Shown: positions 61,659 through 64,000 of the stretch, one piece after another | How the letters are laid out: each line of letters opens with the position of its first letter | Numbering within the stretch: position 1 is the first letter of the stretch | From: Vicinamibacterales bacterium | GTDB lineage: Bacteria; Acidobacteriota; Vicinamibacteria; Vicinamibacterales; SCN-69-37 | Length of the DNA stretch: 64,000 nt | Assembly: GCA_046598935.1 (NCBI GenBank) | Contig: JBKJHW010000046.1 | Span: 7,071 to 71,070 of the forward strand | Direction of reading: 5' to 3' | Translations under genes and position numbers: made by a program | Notes under the pieces: generated by a model | What the model was told of the DNA's origin: nothing | Seen by the model: the letters and a program-made list of their open reading frames with translations, nothing else | Database searches by the model: none

Positions 61659-61931
61659 TCAGTCGGTCTCGCCGGCGGACGCGTTCACGTGCCACGCGCC
61701 GGGCACCGGCTCAAACGGCGCGTCGTACCCGAGCACCGATCCCGTCATCGATCCGATGAACGTCGTCGAAGCCTTCCGCTCGACCGGCACCAGTCGCGCC
61801 ATAGGCCGGCCATGCCGCGTGACGACGTATTCGGCTCGTGCCTCGCTGACGTGATCGATCAGCTCGAGGCACCGGGCCTTGAAATCCGCCGAGCCGACGT
61901 CGCCCCGTGGCGTATCCCGTTTCTTTGACAT
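61659..61931 (-). CDS. Phd/YefM-type antitoxin
   Basis: Contains DFKARCLELIDHVSEARAEYVVTRHGRPMARLVPV. The ATG at 61931 is preferred. A -10 TATAAT (minus strand, 61946..61941) lies 9 nt upstream. Confidence 0.7.
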   Translation of the reverse strand: MSKKRDTPRGDVGSADFKARCLELIDHVSEARAEYVVTRHGRPMARLVPVERKASTTFIGSMTGSVLGYDAPFEPVPGAWHVNASAGETD

Positions 61932-61940
61932 GACTAGAAT

Positions 61941-61946
61941 ATTATA
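61941..61946 (-). promoter_or_regulatory. candidate -10 box (GCTATAAT) for the phd-vapC operon
   Basis: The minus strand reads ttGCTATAATattctagtcATG. Confidence 0.45.
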
Positions 61947-62115
61947 GCAATAAATGGCTGTCGGGATCAGTTCGCGCGATCTTAGTAGTTGGCAGGCAAG
62001 TTGGCGGTCATTTCCATCACGCTCGTCATGGAACCGGTCGAAGGCGAAGACGTGTCCGCGCACATCGAGCGCGGCGCGGGGCTGCGTTTGTCACTGACGC
62101 CCGACGGCAAGAGCC

Positions 62116-63660
62116 TTATTGTTTTCTCGGGACTTTGGCGTCAGCCATGGCCGCGTTGTAGGCAAACGCGGCGACGATGGTGGCGTTCTTCTTCATGTCT
62201 TCCGCCGGAATCGTCTCGATGAAATCGAGATTCGTGTGGCCGCCGGTGCCGCCGACGCGGTCCTGCAGGAACTGGAAGCCCGGCAGCCCCACCCGGTCGA
62301 ACGCGATGTGATCGGTGCTGCCGACGCCGAGGATCGACACCGCCGTCATGCCGAGGTCCCTGAATGGCGCGGTCCAGGCGGTCATCATCGCGCGCGCGGC
62401 GTCGTTGCCCTGCAAGTAGATGCCGCGGTACTGGCCCGGACCGTAGTCCTGATTGAAGTACGCCGACAGCTTGCCGTACTCCGGCGCGACGCCTTGCGGG
62501 CTTTTCGGATCGCCGAAGTGCTTCAGCACATACTGCGTGGAGCCATGCAGGCCCTGCTCTTCGCCGGCCCACAGCGCGATCCGAATCGTGCGGCGCGGCT
62601 TTGCGCCGACCGCCTTCAGTATGCGCATCGCCTCGAGCATCACCGCCGTCCCTGACGTGTTGTCGCTCGCGTTCGGGCTTGCGTGCCACGTGTCGAAGTG
62701 CGCGCCGATCATGACGACTTCGTCCTTGAGGTCGCTGCCGGGAATCTCGCCGATGACGTTGTTCGCCTTCTCGACGGTCGGGCCGATCTGGTTGCGCACC
62801 TCCACTTCCACCCTCACCGGAATGCCGCGCTTGAGAATGCGATACATCCGGTTGTAGTGCTCGGGGGTGATCGCCACGATTGGGGGCGACGCCAGCGTCT
62901 CGTCGCGGCTCCACTTGTCCGCGCCTGATCCCGGGCGCGAGAACCCGCGCACCGCGCCCATCCACCCGCTGTCGCACTGCAGCACCACGGCCACGCCTTC
63001 CGACTTGTAGAACCGCATCCGCTCGAGCGCCGTGACGGCGTTCGGATTCGGCGCGGCGGGAGGCGCCGGCGCTGCGGGGGCGGGCGGCACTGCGTCGTTG
63101 ATCTTCTTCACTTCGTCGTCGGTGTATCGCGGCGTGCCGGTCTCGATCTTCTTCAGGTCCACGGTCGCCGGCGCGCTCATCAGCACCGCCATGCCCGCGA
63201 GCTTTCCCCGAAACGCGTCGAGGTCGGCCTTCGTCTTGATCTCGGCCACGACGGCATTCAGCGTCTGCTTGCCATTTGTGCCCGGTGTATGCGCAATCGG
63301 GTAGCCCACCATCGGCTGATAGTCGGGCGTGAGCATGTGCAGCGACGTGTACTCGTTATCCCACGTCGTCCCAAAATCCATGAACGGCTCGATCGCGACG
63401 TTGACGAGCCCCATGCGCGCCATCTCGGTCTTCGCCCACGCCTGCGCCCGCTTCATGTCGTCCGAGAGCGTGAGCCGCGCGCCGAGCACATCAGCGATGT
63501 ACGACTCGGTCTCCATCACGCGTGATCGCTGCAGGCCTTCGTCGCGGATCTTCGCGACCATGGCCATGTCGACCGGCGTCACGGCGCTTTGCGCGAACAG
63601 GGCAAGAGAAAGAATGGGAAGGGCCAGAAGAGTGAGGCGCAGGCGGGCGGCTGAACGCAT
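62116..63660 (-). CDS. M28 family metallopeptidase (aminopeptidase) with a PA-like insert, secreted
   Basis: Signal MRSAARLRLTLLALPILSLALFAQS. Contains IGAHFDTWH, WAGEEQGLHGS and GSTDHIAF. A minus-strand TAGTAT (63673..63668) lies 7 nt upstream of the ATG. Confidence 0.8.
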   Translation of the reverse strand: MRSAARLRLTLLALPILSLALFAQSAVTPVDMAMVAKIRDEGLQRSRVMETESYIADVLGARLTLSDDMKRAQAWAKTEMARMGLVNVAIEPFMDFGTTWDNEYTSLHMLTPDYQPMVGYPIAHTPGTNGKQTLNAVVAEIKTKADLDAFRGKLAGMAVLMSAPATVDLKKIETGTPRYTDDEVKKINDAVPPAPAAPAPPAAPNPNAVTALERMRFYKSEGVAVVLQCDSGWMGAVRGFSRPGSGADKWSRDETLASPPIVAITPEHYNRMYRILKRGIPVRVEVEVRNQIGPTVEKANNVIGEIPGSDLKDEVVMIGAHFDTWHASPNASDNTSGTAVMLEAMRILKAVGAKPRRTIRIALWAGEEQGLHGSTQYVLKHFGDPKSPQGVAPEYGKLSAYFNQDYGPGQYRGIYLQGNDAARAMMTAWTAPFRDLGMTAVSILGVGSTDHIAFDRVGLPGFQFLQDRVGGTGGHTNLDFIETIPAEDMKKNATIVAAFAYNAAMADAKVPRKQ

Positions 63661-63722
63661 GGGCGCAATACTACGCCGGAGCGCGGCAGTTCTTTATCCT
63701 CGTCGCTATACTAGCGCCACCC

Positions 63723-64000
63723 ATGAGCCTGGCCCCCGGCATCCGCCTCGGTCCCTACGAAATCGTCGCGCCCATCGGCGCGGGCGGGATGGGCGAGGTC
63801 TATCGCGCGAAAGACACAAACCTCAACCGCGACGTCGCGCTGAAAATTCTGCCGGAGTCGTTCGCGCTTGATGCCGATCGTGTCGCGCGGTTCAAACGCG
63901 AAGCGCAGGTGCTCGCGTCGCTGAATCATCCGAACATCGCCGCGATCTACGCGGTGGAAACGACACCCGATGTCGTTTCCACCGCCCTCGTCATGGAACT
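63723..64000 (+). CDS. Ser/Thr protein kinase, 3'-partial (continues beyond the window)
   Basis: Sequence MSLAPGIRLGPYEIVAPIGAGGMGEVYRAKDTNLNRDVALKILP...LNHPNIAAIY.... A GCTATACT -10 box at 63707..63712 lies 10 nt upstream of the ATG. Confidence 0.8.
   Translation, partial: MSLAPGIRLGPYEIVAPIGAGGMGEVYRAKDTNLNRDVALKILPESFALDADRVARFKREAQVLASLNHPNIAAIYAVETTPDVVSTALVME
63956..63980. repeat. family-A single hairpin inside the kinase CDS
   Basis: GGAAACGACA-CCCGA-TGTCGTTTCC forms a 10-bp stem. It is translated in-frame as (V)ETTPDVVS. Confidence 0.85.

Noticed and set aside
61989-62222. 77-aa plus-strand ORF (MAGKLAVISITLVMEPVEGEDVSAHIERG...) in the gap between the phd start and the M28 stop.
   Set aside because: It has no motif, and half of it overlaps the 3' end of the M28 gene on the opposite strand. 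There is no promoter or SD signal. It is possibly a gene remnant, but this is not supportable.

Overview
This is a GC-rich bacterial chromosomal segment (roughly two-thirds G+C by eye, not computed). The gene content suggests Acidobacteriota: several Ser/Thr kinases open with xxPGTRLGxYEIxxxxGAGGMGEVYRAKD and carry TolB-like propellers, there is a two-gene egtB-egtD cluster, and a DUF4159 gene is present. This taxonomic call is inference only.

About 68 protein genes are supported, and most are housekeeping.
- Translation: thrS-infC-rpmI-rplT, pheS-pheT, gatC-gatA.
- Cell envelope and lipid A: lpxD, lpxB, mltG, an Slt-type transglycosylase, and a 3D-domain protein.
- Metabolism and maintenance: xseA-xseB, ispA, tlyA, nadK, thiL, acnA, rsmE, ruvX, HU, and zapA.
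- Proteases: an M16 peptidase pair, M28, a matrixin, and an S41-like protein.

Three RNA genes are recognisable: tmRNA (tag ANTQLALAA), a 6S RNA downstream of zapA, and tRNA-Val(GAC). There are two toxin-antitoxin modules (VapC/Phd-like and DUF6516 TumE-like/HTH). An ECF sigma-DUF2892-CPBP protease operon lies next to the tmRNA.

The most unusual signal is a set of short, AT-rich palindromic repeat elements (REP/MITE/RPE-like).
- At least four sequence families are visible.
- Three families share a TCGGGWGT core.
- Copies occur in intergenic regions and also in-frame inside conserved genes (rsmE, egtD, thiL and a kinase), where they translate into peptide insertions.

Other notable points:
- infC needs a non-canonical AUC start.
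- Many genes have a -10 box only 6-10 nt upstream of the ATG, implying leaderless or near-leaderless mRNAs.
- The S41 peptidase homolog appears to lack the Ser/Lys catalytic dyad.
- A truncated kinase remnant sits beside the TumE-like module.
- One kinase has no canonical start codon.

No CRISPR array, integrase, transposase or rRNA was seen. Many long ORFs in the supplied track are antisense artefacts of the high GC content.
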